A stretch of 64,000 nt of DNA, from assembly GCA_963704165.1 (NCBI GenBank), contig CAVPHD010000001.1, forward strand, positions 192,001 through 256,000, given 5' to 3'. Below are positions 48,463-58,143 of this stretch, piece after piece. Below the pieces are notes generated by a model that had not been told where the DNA came from, did no database searches, and was given only the letters and a program-made list of their open reading frames with translations. How positions within the stretch are numbered: the stretch's first letter is position 1; the number at the start of each line of letters is the position of its first letter. The position numbers were made by a program, and so were the translations under genes. The DNA comes from an uncultured delta proteobacterium (GTDB lineage Bacteria > Myxococcota_A > UBA9160 > SZUA-336).

Positions 48463-50337
48463 ATGGCGCGCGTGCGCGAAGGCGGGATCGTCTCGAAGGG
48501 CCTCGCGCTCGCGGCGATGCTGGTCCTCTCCACGCCGACGCAGGCGAGACCGTTCCAGTTCGACGAGGTCGAGGGCGTCGCGAACGTCGAGCTCACCTAC
48601 GGCCTGCTCGCGCGCGTCGAGGATCGAGACGACGACCTCGTGGCGATCGTGAACGGCGGCGATGCGGGGACCGCCAACTTCGACGACGGCGACCTGAACT
48701 ACGACCGGGGAATCGCCGCGAACGTGATGCAGATCGAGGCCGAGCTCGCCGCGCGCTGGCGGGTCTTCGGCGTCTACCTGCGCGGCTTCACGTTCTACGA
48801 CTTCGAGGCCAAGCTCTCCGATCGGGAGCGGACGGCGCTCACCAGCCACGCCGAGCGCTACGTAGGAAGCGACACCGAGCTTCGCGAGTACTACGTCGAT
48901 GCGAACCTCCTGCTTCGCGGCATGCCGGTTCGCGTGCGCGTGGGCGACCAGGTCCTGAACTGGGGAGAGAGCCGGTTCCTCCGCTTCGGCGCGCAGGTGA
49001 TGAACCCGCTCGACATCCCCGCGTCCCTCCGGCCCTCGAGCTCGGCACAGGACGTTCAGCTCCCCGAAGGCATGCTCTGGGTCGCGGCGAACCCGACCGA
49101 AGTGCTCGCCGTCGAGGCGTACTACCAGTACGACTGGGACCCGGCCCACACCCCGCCCATCGGCTCGTTCTTCTCCGACACCGATCCGCTCGGATCGGGG
49201 GGGCTCGGCGGGGCGATGGCCGGCGGCGGGCTCTTCTCGGATCTCGGCACCGACCTCGACGCCGCGTTCTCGCTGCCGGAAGGCACGCTCGGCTTCGACT
49301 CGGACTTCATGCGCACGCCGGGGAGGGGGACGGACGACCCGAGCGGCCAGGGCCAGTTCGGGATTTCGGTCCAGACCATCCTGCCGAGGCTGAACTCGAC
49401 CAAGCTCGCACTCCACTTCGCGAACTACCACAGCCGCCTTCCGATCATCAGCTCGCGCGCGGCGGATTCGGCTGCTGCTTCGCAGACGTCGTCCGCGGCG
49501 GTCGCGGCGCGCGCGGATACGCTCGCGCCAGTCTACGAGTCCGAGGGTCTGTCACCGGCCGAGGCGGCCGCCGCGGCCGCGGCCGCGGCACAGACTCTCA
49601 CGATCGGTGAGTACGCGAGTCAGGCGAGCTTCTTCCTCGAATACCCCGAGAACGTCCAGATGCTGGCCCTGAGCTTCAACACCGCGACGCTGCGCACGGG
49701 AACGCTCGTCTCCGGCGAGATCGCACACCACTTCGGCTTGCCGCTCCAGATCCTGCCCAACGACGTGTTCACCGCCGCGTTCTCGCCGATCGAATTCACA
49801 CCGACGTTCGGGCAGGGGCTGCTCGGCGACTTCGCTCCGAGCCAGGTCATCTCCGGCGTGAAGGAGCTCGACAAGACCCAGCTCGAGCTCGGGCTGCGCC
49901 AGCTCCTCGGGCCGCGCCTCGGCGCAGACCAGTCGATCCTCGGAATCGATCTCGGCTGGGTGCACATCCACGACATGCCGGCTCGCGACGAACTTCGCCT
50001 CGGCGCCCCCGGCATCGTCGGAGAAGCCGACTTCGACCACCTGCCCACATCGGACTCGTGGGGATACCGTCTGGTCGGCGCACTGACCTACGAGGGCGTG
50101 CTCGGTCGATTCACGGTGCAGCCGCGCGTCGCCTTCGTGCACGACGTCAGCGGGATCTCGCCGGGACCCGGGGCCGCATTCCTCGAGAAGCGCAAGGTGT
50201 TCAACGCGGGCGTCTCGATCGACCACACGAACACCTGGCTCGTGCAGCTCGACTACACCACGCTCTTCGGCGCGGGGCGATTCAATCTCTTGAACGACCG
50301 CGACTTCGTGCGTCTCCAGATCAGTTACTTCTACTAG
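48463..50337 (+). CDS. DUF1302 family outer-membrane protein
   Basis: NFDDGDLNY, GDQVLNWGES, ANYHSRLP, C-terminal DRDFVRLQISYFY. Confidence 0.9.
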   Translation: MARVREGGIVSKGLALAAMLVLSTPTQARPFQFDEVEGVANVELTYGLLARVEDRDDDLVAIVNGGDAGTANFDDGDLNYDRGIAANVMQIEAELAARWRVFGVYLRGFTFYDFEAKLSDRERTALTSHAERYVGSDTELREYYVDANLLLRGMPVRVRVGDQVLNWGESRFLRFGAQVMNPLDIPASLRPSSSAQDVQLPEGMLWVAANPTEVLAVEAYYQYDWDPAHTPPIGSFFSDTDPLGSGGLGGAMAGGGLFSDLGTDLDAAFSLPEGTLGFDSDFMRTPGRGTDDPSGQGQFGISVQTILPRLNSTKLALHFANYHSRLPIISSRAADSAAASQTSSAAVAARADTLAPVYESEGLSPAEAAAAAAAAAQTLTIGEYASQASFFLEYPENVQMLALSFNTATLRTGTLVSGEIAHHFGLPLQILPNDVFTAAFSPIEFTPTFGQGLLGDFAPSQVISGVKELDKTQLELGLRQLLGPRLGADQSILGIDLGWVHIHDMPARDELRLGAPGIVGEADFDHLPTSDSWGYRLVGALTYEGVLGRFTVQPRVAFVHDVSGISPGPGAAFLEKRKVFNAGVSIDHTNTWLVQLDYTTLFGAGRFNLLNDRDFVRLQISYFY

Positions 50338-50346
50338 GAGGCCCGG

Positions 50347-51720
50347 GTGCGTCCGAGTCATCGGCTCTGGCTCTCGATCACGCTCGGGGCGTGTATTGCG
50401 CTCGCGAGCGGATCGCGCGCAGAGGTCAGTGACTCCGAAGCTCGGCGGCTCGAGGCCGATCTCACACCGATGGGCGCCGAGCGCGCGGGAAACGCTTCCG
50501 GAACGATCCCGGCCTGGACCGGCGGCATCCGCACCCCGCCGACCGGCTTCGTTCCGGGGGAGCGCGAGGTCGATCCCTACCCGGACGATCCGATCCTGTA
50601 CACGGTCGGGGCCGACGACATCGACGCCCACGCGGACGTGCTCACCGAAGGTCAGAAGGCGCGGCTTCGCGCCCACCCCGAGAGCTGGCACATGAACGTG
50701 TACGCCACGCGGCGTTCGGCCTCGTTCCCCGAGTGGGTCTACGCGGCCGTTCGCGAGAACGCGACGCGCGCGCGCGTCGTGCTCGAGGGCAAGGGCTCCG
50801 TAACGGGCGCCCGCATCGGCCCCCCGTTTCCGATTCCACGCAGCGGCCTCGAGGCGATCTGGAATCACAACCTGCGCTGGCGCGGCGCGCGCGTGGAGCG
50901 AAGCGACGGCAGCGCGGCCGTGACGCGGACGGGCGAACACCGGACCGTCCTCTCCGAACAGCTTCTGGGTCTGCCGTACGGGGCGCGACAACCCGACGCG
51001 TTCGGGAGGCAGCTTCCGAACATCCTCCTCGCAGTGCGCGCGATGTCGATCTCGCCGTCGCGCGTGGCGGGCGACGCGACGCTCGTGATCGAACCGATCG
51101 ACCAGACCCACGACCCGCGCAAGAGCTGGAACTACAGCCGCGATCTCCGCCGCGTGTTCCGGAATCCCTGGCTCGGATACGACTTCCCCGCGCAGTACAG
51201 CGACGGCCTGCGCACCGTCGACGACTTCTGGCTCTTCAACGGACCCCCGGACCGATTCGACTGGAAGCTGCTCGGAAGACGCGAGCTGCTGATCCCCTAC
51301 AACGCGTATCGCCTGCATTCTGGTGCGATCACACCGGCGCAGATCGTCGGTCCGCATCACATCGATCCGGACCTCGCCCGCTACGAGCTGCACCGGGTCT
51401 GGGTCGTCGAGGCGACACGGAAGCCGGACGCCGAGCACATCTACACGCGGCGGATGTTCTACATCGACGAGGACAGCTGGCAGATCGCGCTCTCGGAGAG
51501 CTACGACGCGCGAGGTCGGCTCTGGCGCGCGAACGAGGCTCACGCGCTCAACTACTACGGCATTCCCGTGCTCTGGTCGACGCTCGAGGTGTTTCACGAT
51601 CTGAAGGCCGGTCGCTATCTGGTGATGGGACTCGACAACGAACGGCGGACCTTCCGGTTCTCCGAGGGCAGCGACCCGCGCGAATTCAGCCCGAATGCGC
51701 TCACGTACTACGTCCGATGA
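50347..51720 (+). CDS. DUF1329 family periplasmic protein
   Basis: LTPMGAERAGNASGTIPAWTGG, RYELHRVWVVEAT, YIDEDSW. Confidence 0.92.
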   Translation: MRPSHRLWLSITLGACIALASGSRAEVSDSEARRLEADLTPMGAERAGNASGTIPAWTGGIRTPPTGFVPGEREVDPYPDDPILYTVGADDIDAHADVLTEGQKARLRAHPESWHMNVYATRRSASFPEWVYAAVRENATRARVVLEGKGSVTGARIGPPFPIPRSGLEAIWNHNLRWRGARVERSDGSAAVTRTGEHRTVLSEQLLGLPYGARQPDAFGRQLPNILLAVRAMSISPSRVAGDATLVIEPIDQTHDPRKSWNYSRDLRRVFRNPWLGYDFPAQYSDGLRTVDDFWLFNGPPDRFDWKLLGRRELLIPYNAYRLHSGAITPAQIVGPHHIDPDLARYELHRVWVVEATRKPDAEHIYTRRMFYIDEDSWQIALSESYDARGRLWRANEAHALNYYGIPVLWSTLEVFHDLKAGRYLVMGLDNERRTFRFSEGSDPREFSPNALTYYVR

Positions 51721-51737
51721 GCACGTAGACTTCCGAA

Positions 51738-54107
51738 ATGCCGAATCGCCGCAGCTTCTCGAACGGCACGATCCTGCAGAAAGCCGGTTTCGCTCTGCTG
51801 TGCGCCGTGTTCCTGTGCGGCGTGGCGATCGCGGCGGCGGACAAGTTCGAACGCGTCGGCCAGCCGGACGCGGGCTTCCTGCTGTACGGCGCCTTCGTGT
51901 ATCCGACACGTGCGGACGCCGCCGCTGCGGGCCTGCGCTACGGCGGTCGGCTTCTGGCGCTGAACGGCAGCGAGATCGGTCTCGAGTGGACCTGGAGCGC
52001 GCGGCCACCCGGACTCGTGCGCGAGCTCGGCGGCGTGAACGTGATTCGCATCGAGCGACCCGGCGGAGAGGTTCGCGAGGTCTCGCTTCCGGTTCGCGGG
52101 TGGACGTGGGCGGACGCCCTGTACACACAGGGTGCGATCGACATCATCGGATTCCTGCTCGCGGCGCTCGGCGTCGGCACGTTCCTGTTGCGCCCGTGGG
52201 AGCCCGGGAGCTGGGGATTGCTCGCGATCGCGTGTCTCGCGGGGGGCGTGCTCGAGGCGCTCTACGCTCCCAACGAGGCGGGAGCTCTGCTGCGTCCGAC
52301 CTACATCAGCGCACTGACCGGATTCGTGTACGTGGTCCCGTTTCACGTCGCGCTCGCGTTCCCGCTGATCGTCAGACGCTTCTTCACCCTCTCGAGAGCG
52401 CTGTTCGTGATCTACGCGCTGGGCGCGGCGCTGTCGGCGTTGAGCCTCACCGCCTACTGGATGAAGAACCCCGCGCTGGAGCAGCTGAGCCGCCCGCTCG
52501 GCATGGGAACGTTCCTCGTCGCGATCCTGAGCATGGTCGGGCGCTCGACCTGGCTGGCGTTTCGCGCCCGCGAGCGGCTCGTGCGCCAGCGCGCTCGCAT
52601 CCTCTCGGCCGGCACGGTGCTCGGCTTCGTTCCGCTCGGCGTCGTGCTCTTCCTGCAGATCGGACTCAATTGGCTCTCGATCGACGCGCGGCTCGCATAC
52701 TGGCCGCTCGCCATCTTCTTCCTGGCGCTGGCGCGCATCACGCTGCGCGTGGAGCTATTGAACTCGCGCGTCGCCGTGCGCCGCGCGGTCTTCTACAGCA
52801 CGGCGGTGTTCGGGCTGACGGGCGTCGCGGTGTGGCTCTCGGCGCTGAATCCGTGGGCGGTGGCCCTGCTCCTGCTTCCGGTCCTGTATCTCTGGCCGAG
52901 CTACAGCGCACAGCTCGACGCGCGGCTCTACCCCAAGCGCGCGCGGCTTCCTGAGCTCGTGCGCGCGAGCGGGCGCGAGCTCGCCGCGCGAGCGGACGTC
53001 GATGGCGTGCTCGAGGTGCTCGCGCGGACCGGCGAGCGATTGTCCGACAGCCGAAGCGCGGTGGCGCTGCTCTTCGCCGGGGCGATCGACGATCACGCGC
53101 ACGTGGCGGCGCACGGTATGGAGGTGCCCGAGTCCGCTGCCGTGCTCTCGGACCTCGCCCTCTTCCGAATGCTTCGCGTCACGCGCAAGGAGCTGATTCG
53201 CGCCGCGGTCTTCGTCGAGCCCCAATACGAGAACGTGCGCGCCGAGCTCCTGGCGGAGTTCGATCGGCTCGGCGCCGAGATCACGCTGCCGATGCTCGAC
53301 GAGCGGGAACGTGTGGTCGGCGCGCTCTCGCTCGGACCGCGGGTCGGCGACGAGCCGTACGAGGCCTACGAGCTCGACGTGCTCGGCACGCTCCTGCAGC
53401 AGGCGTACGAATCGATCGAGCGCGCGCAGGCGTTGGCACGGCTCTCCGAGCGCGAGCGCGACTTCGCGGACCTGAAGCGGTTCTTTCCCGCGGCCGTGAT
53501 CGATCAGGTCATGGCACGCGGCGGAGCGCTCGGTCTCGAGCGCAAACGCAAGCCCGTCACCGTGCTCTTCGCGGATCTGCGCGGCTTCACTTCGTTCTCC
53601 GACGCGGTCGAACCCGAGGAGGTCGCGGAGACGCTGAATGCATTTCACGCGGCGATGGGCGAGCACATCTCGCGGTACCAGGGAACACTGGAGCGGTTCA
53701 CGGGCGACGGCTTCATGGTCTTCTTCAACGACCCCGTCGAGCAGTCCGATCACGTCGAGCGCGCGGTGCGGATGGCGCTCGACATGCGCGGTACCCTGGC
53801 AGGGCTGCGCGAGGGCTGGCGGCTGCGCGGCTACGCGATCGACCTCGGCATCGGCCTGCACACCGGCTACGCGACCTGCGGCTTCATCGGCTACGAAGGC
53901 CGCCGGGACTACGGCGTGATCGGAAACGTGACGAACCTGGCGGCGCGACTCTCCGACGCCGCGAAGGGCGGAGAGATCCTGATCACCGCGCGCGTCCGCG
54001 CGGAGCTGCCGCCCTCGATCGTCACGGAGCCGGCCGGTGAGCTCGTCCTGAAGGGCCTCGCCGAGCCTCAGGCAGCCTATCGCGTGACGTCGGTGCTGGT
54101 ATCCTAG
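51738..54107 (+). CDS. Membrane class III nucleotide cyclase (PDZ-like, multi-TM, GAF-like, cyclase)
   Basis: LFADLRGFT, ERFTGDG, GIGLHTG, GNVTNLAARL; TM stretches; GALSLGPR...YEAYELDVL. Confidence 0.9.
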   Translation: MPNRRSFSNGTILQKAGFALLCAVFLCGVAIAAADKFERVGQPDAGFLLYGAFVYPTRADAAAAGLRYGGRLLALNGSEIGLEWTWSARPPGLVRELGGVNVIRIERPGGEVREVSLPVRGWTWADALYTQGAIDIIGFLLAALGVGTFLLRPWEPGSWGLLAIACLAGGVLEALYAPNEAGALLRPTYISALTGFVYVVPFHVALAFPLIVRRFFTLSRALFVIYALGAALSALSLTAYWMKNPALEQLSRPLGMGTFLVAILSMVGRSTWLAFRARERLVRQRARILSAGTVLGFVPLGVVLFLQIGLNWLSIDARLAYWPLAIFFLALARITLRVELLNSRVAVRRAVFYSTAVFGLTGVAVWLSALNPWAVALLLLPVLYLWPSYSAQLDARLYPKRARLPELVRASGRELAARADVDGVLEVLARTGERLSDSRSAVALLFAGAIDDHAHVAAHGMEVPESAAVLSDLALFRMLRVTRKELIRAAVFVEPQYENVRAELLAEFDRLGAEITLPMLDERERVVGALSLGPRVGDEPYEAYELDVLGTLLQQAYESIERAQALARLSERERDFADLKRFFPAAVIDQVMARGGALGLERKRKPVTVLFADLRGFTSFSDAVEPEEVAETLNAFHAAMGEHISRYQGTLERFTGDGFMVFFNDPVEQSDHVERAVRMALDMRGTLAGLREGWRLRGYAIDLGIGLHTGYATCGFIGYEGRRDYGVIGNVTNLAARLSDAAKGGEILITARVRAELPPSIVTEPAGELVLKGLAEPQAAYRVTSVLVS

Positions 54108-54112
54108 GGACC

Positions 54113-55201
54113 GTGTCACGTGCGGCGAAACCTCTACCGGACCATCTACCGATCCTCGATCGGCCGAACGCGCGGCGGGTGCGCGAACCCGTCTACGTCG
54201 AACGCGAGATCCACTCGCCCGTCGATCTCTGCGACGGGCGCGGGCGACTGAACCCCGCCGCGCCGGGATTCGCGCGACAGCCGCTCTTCCGCGCGAATCT
54301 CTCGGGCCACTGGCCGCGGAAGAAGCGCTGGAACTTCTGGAACTGGATCGGCCCGGACTTCGTCTTCTCGGTGACGCTGGCCGACATCGACTTCACCTCG
54401 TTCTGCGCCTTCACGTTGACCGACTTCCGCGACGGCGCGCACTGGGCGGGCTCGTCGTACGGCCGGCCGGGGCGCATCGAGCTCCCGGATCACGTAGAGG
54501 CGAGCGTCGGCTTTGTGCACGCGGGCATCGACTACTCCAACCGCATCGCAGGTGATGATCTCGAGGTCCACTTTCGCGGACGCGCGGGTGAAGGCACCGA
54601 GATCGCGGCCGACTTCGCGGTGCGCAGGCCACCCGGTCACGAGAGTCTCAACGTCGTCGTTCCGTGGAGTGACTCGCGCTTCCAATGCAACTCGAAACAC
54701 TCCGCGCTTCCGTGCGTCGGAGAGGTCCGGGCCGGTGAGCGCCGCTACGCGCTCGATCCGCGCACGGGCTTCGCGGTGCAGGACTGGGGACGCGGGATCT
54801 GGCCGTACCGGTCCTTCTGGAACTGGGGCGTCGCGACCGGATACGCCGGTGACGATCTGCTCGGCGTGAACTTCGGCGCGAAGTGGACCACGGGCACCGG
54901 ATCGAACGAGAACGGGATTCTCTGCAACGGCCGTCTTCACAAGGTCATGGAAGACCTGCGCTGGGAGTACGACCCCGTCGAGTGGCGCAAGCCGTGGCGC
55001 GTCGTCGCGGAGCACTCCGGCGCGATCGACCTGGTGCTCGAGCCCCTCGCGGCGCACACGCCGCGGCTCGACCTCGGCGTGATCGCGACGGGTGGCGTCT
55101 GCGCCTTCGGCCGCTGGCGCGGGCAGGTGCGCGTCGACGGCCGCGAGATCGAAGTCGACGGACTCATCGGCTGGGCCGAGGAGTTCGCGCACCGATGGTA
55201 G
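54113..55201 (+). CDS. DUF2804 family protein
   Basis: KKRWNFW, QDWGRGIWPY.SFWNW, GWAEEFAHRW. Confidence 0.85.
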   Translation: MSRAAKPLPDHLPILDRPNARRVREPVYVEREIHSPVDLCDGRGRLNPAAPGFARQPLFRANLSGHWPRKKRWNFWNWIGPDFVFSVTLADIDFTSFCAFTLTDFRDGAHWAGSSYGRPGRIELPDHVEASVGFVHAGIDYSNRIAGDDLEVHFRGRAGEGTEIAADFAVRRPPGHESLNVVVPWSDSRFQCNSKHSALPCVGEVRAGERRYALDPRTGFAVQDWGRGIWPYRSFWNWGVATGYAGDDLLGVNFGAKWTTGTGSNENGILCNGRLHKVMEDLRWEYDPVEWRKPWRVVAEHSGAIDLVLEPLAAHTPRLDLGVIATGGVCAFGRWRGQVRVDGREIEVDGLIGWAEEFAHRW

Positions 55202-55249
55202 TCGGGGCGGGACACGTCCCACGATGCGTGCGCACCGAAGGAGACGAGC

Positions 55250-55546
55250 GTGATTCCCGCGGATGAGACCTTCGATGGCAGCTGGCCGTTCCGCCCGCGC
55301 TTCTACGAGGGCAATGGGTTTCGCATGCACTACGTCGAGGAGGGCGAGGGCGACCCGATCGTGTGTCTGCACGGCGAGGCCGACCGCGCGATCCCGACCG
55401 AGGTGGCCGTGGGCATGTTCCGCTCGACCTGGCCCAAGGGTCCGGTGGTGACGCTTCCCGGTGTCGGGCACTTCATCCAGGAAGACGCCCCCGAAGCCGC
55501 CTGTGCTCTGATCGAGCAGTTCATCCAGATGACGGGGTCGCCGTAG
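55250..55546 (+). pseudogene. Internally deleted haloalkane-dehalogenase-like alpha/beta hydrolase (open 98-aa ORF)
   Basis: RMHYVEEGEGDPIVCLHGE joined directly to ADRAIP...GHFIQEDAPE; nucleophile elbow and cap absent. Confidence 0.75.
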
Positions 55547-55576
55547 TCCCGACCGAGTTCCCTGGAGGGTTCGCGA

Positions 55577-56266
55577 ATGAGCCGGGGCGATGGCACGCCG
55601 ACGATCTCGATCGTGATCCCCGCGCGTCCGCACGAGTCCGTCGAGCTGACCACGAGATCGCTCACGCGACAGACCCATCAGGACTTCGAAGTGATCCTGA
55701 TCGTGGACTCGCAGAGGCGCGGCGCGCCGTGGGCGAGGAACCGCGGTGCGGAGCTCGCCCGGGGCGACTACGTGCTCTTCTCCGATTGCGACCTCGATTG
55801 GGCGCCGGACGCGCTCGAGTGCATGCTGCGAACGCTCGAGAGGGAGCGCGCGGCCCCCGCCGACGAGAACGGGTTCCGCGTCGGCTACGCCTACCCGGCC
55901 TACCTCGAGACCCGCGTCCCCCGACGCTGGCGAAGGCTGAAATCACGAACGCGCGGCCCGATCGGGGACGTGGCGTGGGACTGGCATCGACTCCAGCGCG
56001 GGAACTTCATCCACACCAGCAGCCTGGTCGCGCGCGAGCACGTGATCGACTTCGATCCCGAGCTCGAACGTCTTCAGGACTGGGACCTGTGGCTACGGCT
56101 CGCGATCGAGCGGCGCGTGAAGGGCGTCGCGACCCACCGGGTTCTGTTCACGACTCCACATCGGGCCGGCATCACCCACGGCGGCGCGGACTCGTACGCA
56201 GCTGCGAAGGCGAGGGTCCAGAGCAAGCACGGACTCGAGCCCGCGCCGAGGAGCCCGAAGCCTTGA
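55577..56266 (+). CDS. GT2 glycosyltransferase
   Basis: ISIVIPA, ARNRG, FSDCD, QDWDLWLR. Confidence 0.88.
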   Translation: MSRGDGTPTISIVIPARPHESVELTTRSLTRQTHQDFEVILIVDSQRRGAPWARNRGAELARGDYVLFSDCDLDWAPDALECMLRTLERERAAPADENGFRVGYAYPAYLETRVPRRWRRLKSRTRGPIGDVAWDWHRLQRGNFIHTSSLVAREHVIDFDPELERLQDWDLWLRLAIERRVKGVATHRVLFTTPHRAGITHGGADSYAAAKARVQSKHGLEPAPRSPKP

Positions 56267-57303
56267 ACACGACCGAATCGACGGTCGATGCGGTGGTGCC
56301 CGTGCACAACGCGCCGGCGCTCGTACGGCGCTGCATCGAGTCGGTCCTGGCGCGGATCGGCGACCGGCTCGGCGAGCTCGTCGTGGTCGACGACGCATCC
56401 GACGCGCCCACCGTCGAGCTGCTCGCTTCGCTCGATCATCCGAAGCTGCGCATCGTGCGCTCGGATCGGAACCTCGGGTACGGGGGCGCGGTGAATCTCG
56501 GAGTCGCGAGCTGCTCCGCGAAGCTCGTGCTCCAGCTGAACTCCGACGTCGAAGCGAAGGACGACTTCCTCTCGCCGATGCTGCGCGCGCTCGACGCCGA
56601 TCCTCGGCTCGCGGCGCTGAATCCCGGTGGCAACAGCTACCAACGCTACGACCTCGCGCGCTACGCGAAGCGCGTCGGGTGCGTCGTGTCGAATCACCTC
56701 GCGGGCTATGCGTTCTTGATCCGGCGGAACGTCTTCGAAGCCCTCGGGGGCTTCGACCCCGCGTACGGACTCGGTTACTTCGAGGACAGCGACCTCACAC
56801 GTCGGATCCTGCGCTCGGGTCACTGGGTCGGCGTGCATCCGGGAGCCAGCCTCCACCACGAGAACCACGGCTCGTTCTCGTTGCGCAGCGAGCGGCTCGC
56901 CCTGCTCGAAGCGAATCGCGTTCGCTATCACGAGCGCTGGCCCGAGGCCCGCCGTCAGATCCTGCTGGCGAGCCGCGCCTCGACCCCCGACGAGCTTCCG
57001 CCCGATCTCGTCGAGAAAGCATGGGGTGTGATCGAAGCTGGCGGGACCATCTGGTGGGTGAGTCCCGATACACCGCGCGATCTCCTCGCGCTCGGGATGC
57101 GTGGTGATCGCATGGGCCTCGCGCGCGGCGCGCGGCGGATGCGCGCTCAGCGTCGTGATCCGTGGAAGCGCGTGACCGAGCTCTGGCTCATCGACGATTC
57201 GCCGCGCCTCCCGGCGGCCCTGCTGCGCAGGGTGGCCCTCGCGCTCGACATCCTGCCCGAAAGCTGGCCCGCGGTATTCGACCGGGCGCGGATTTCGACC
57301 TAG
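56263..57303 (+). CDS. GT2 glycosyltransferase
   Basis: VVPVHN, VVDDASD, LNSD, GGFD..Y..GYFEDSD; TTG start overlaps the upstream stop. Confidence 0.9.
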   Translation: MNTTESTVDAVVPVHNAPALVRRCIESVLARIGDRLGELVVVDDASDAPTVELLASLDHPKLRIVRSDRNLGYGGAVNLGVASCSAKLVLQLNSDVEAKDDFLSPMLRALDADPRLAALNPGGNSYQRYDLARYAKRVGCVVSNHLAGYAFLIRRNVFEALGGFDPAYGLGYFEDSDLTRRILRSGHWVGVHPGASLHHENHGSFSLRSERLALLEANRVRYHERWPEARRQILLASRASTPDELPPDLVEKAWGVIEAGGTIWWVSPDTPRDLLALGMRGDRMGLARGARRMRAQRRDPWKRVTELWLIDDSPRLPAALLRRVALALDILPESWPAVFDRARIST

Positions 57304-57313
57304 AGTCGGCCCC

Positions 57314-58102
57314 ATGAATCCACGACTGGTCGGAATCGCGGTCATCGGTCTGCTCGCCGCCATGGCGATGCTCGGTTGTTTCTACGTGGTTCAGCCGGGT
57401 GAACGCGGCGTGCATGTCACGCTCGGCACCATGTCGGATCAGTTCGTCGCGCCCGGATTCGGCGTGAAGCTGCCGATGGTCACGCAGATCTGGCGGGTCA
57501 ACGTCCAACAGGACACGCGCCAGATGGTTTCGGAGTGCTTCTCGTCCGACCTCCAGCAGATCTCGATCGAGCTGAAGGTGCTGTACCGGATTCCCGAGAC
57601 ATCGGTGGTCTCGGTGTTGCGCGACTACGCGGGACATCCCTTCGAGAAGCTGATCCTGCCGCGCGTGCAAGAGGCGACCAAGGAAGCCACGGCTCTTCGC
57701 ACCGCGGCGGACATCGTGAAATCGCGCGAGCAGGTGAAAGTCGCCGCGTTGAAGGCGTCGCGAGAGAAGATCGGAACCCTCTTGATCATCGAGGATCTCG
57801 TGATCGAGGACGTCAAGCTCTCGCGCGAGCTCGAGCAGGCGATCGAGGCCAAGATGGTGCAGCAGCAGGAAGCCGAGAAGGCGATCTTCAAGATGCAGCA
57901 GGCCAAGACCGACGCCGAAACCCTGATCATCAAGGCCACGGCCGACGCGGAGTCGATCCGGATCCAGGGCGAGGCGCTCGAGAAGGCCCCGAAGCTCGTC
58001 GAGCTGAAGATGGTCGAGAAGTGGAACGGCGTGTCGCCGCAGGTGGTCGGCGCGGGCTCGAACATCATGCTCCCGCTCGCGGCGACCTCCAGCTCGCGCT
58101 GA
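57314..58102 (+). CDS. Prohibitin/SPFH family protein
   Basis: VQPGERGV, SSDLQ, AIEAKMVQQQEAEKA, EKWNG. Confidence 0.92.
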   Translation: MNPRLVGIAVIGLLAAMAMLGCFYVVQPGERGVHVTLGTMSDQFVAPGFGVKLPMVTQIWRVNVQQDTRQMVSECFSSDLQQISIELKVLYRIPETSVVSVLRDYAGHPFEKLILPRVQEATKEATALRTAADIVKSREQVKVAALKASREKIGTLLIIEDLVIEDVKLSRELEQAIEAKMVQQQEAEKAIFKMQQAKTDAETLIIKATADAESIRIQGEALEKAPKLVELKMVEKWNGVSPQVVGAGSNIMLPLAATSSSR

Positions 58103-58143
58103 TCGGCGACGCCGTCGTCCCGTCGCGGGCTCCGCCCAAAGAC

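Noticed and set aside
49552..52128. 858-aa minus-strand ORF and many other long overlapping ORFs (e.g. 42632..44740, 45766..47877)
   Set aside because: Antisense or alternate-frame shadows of well-supported genes; Arg/Ala/Pro-rich without motifs, as expected at high GC
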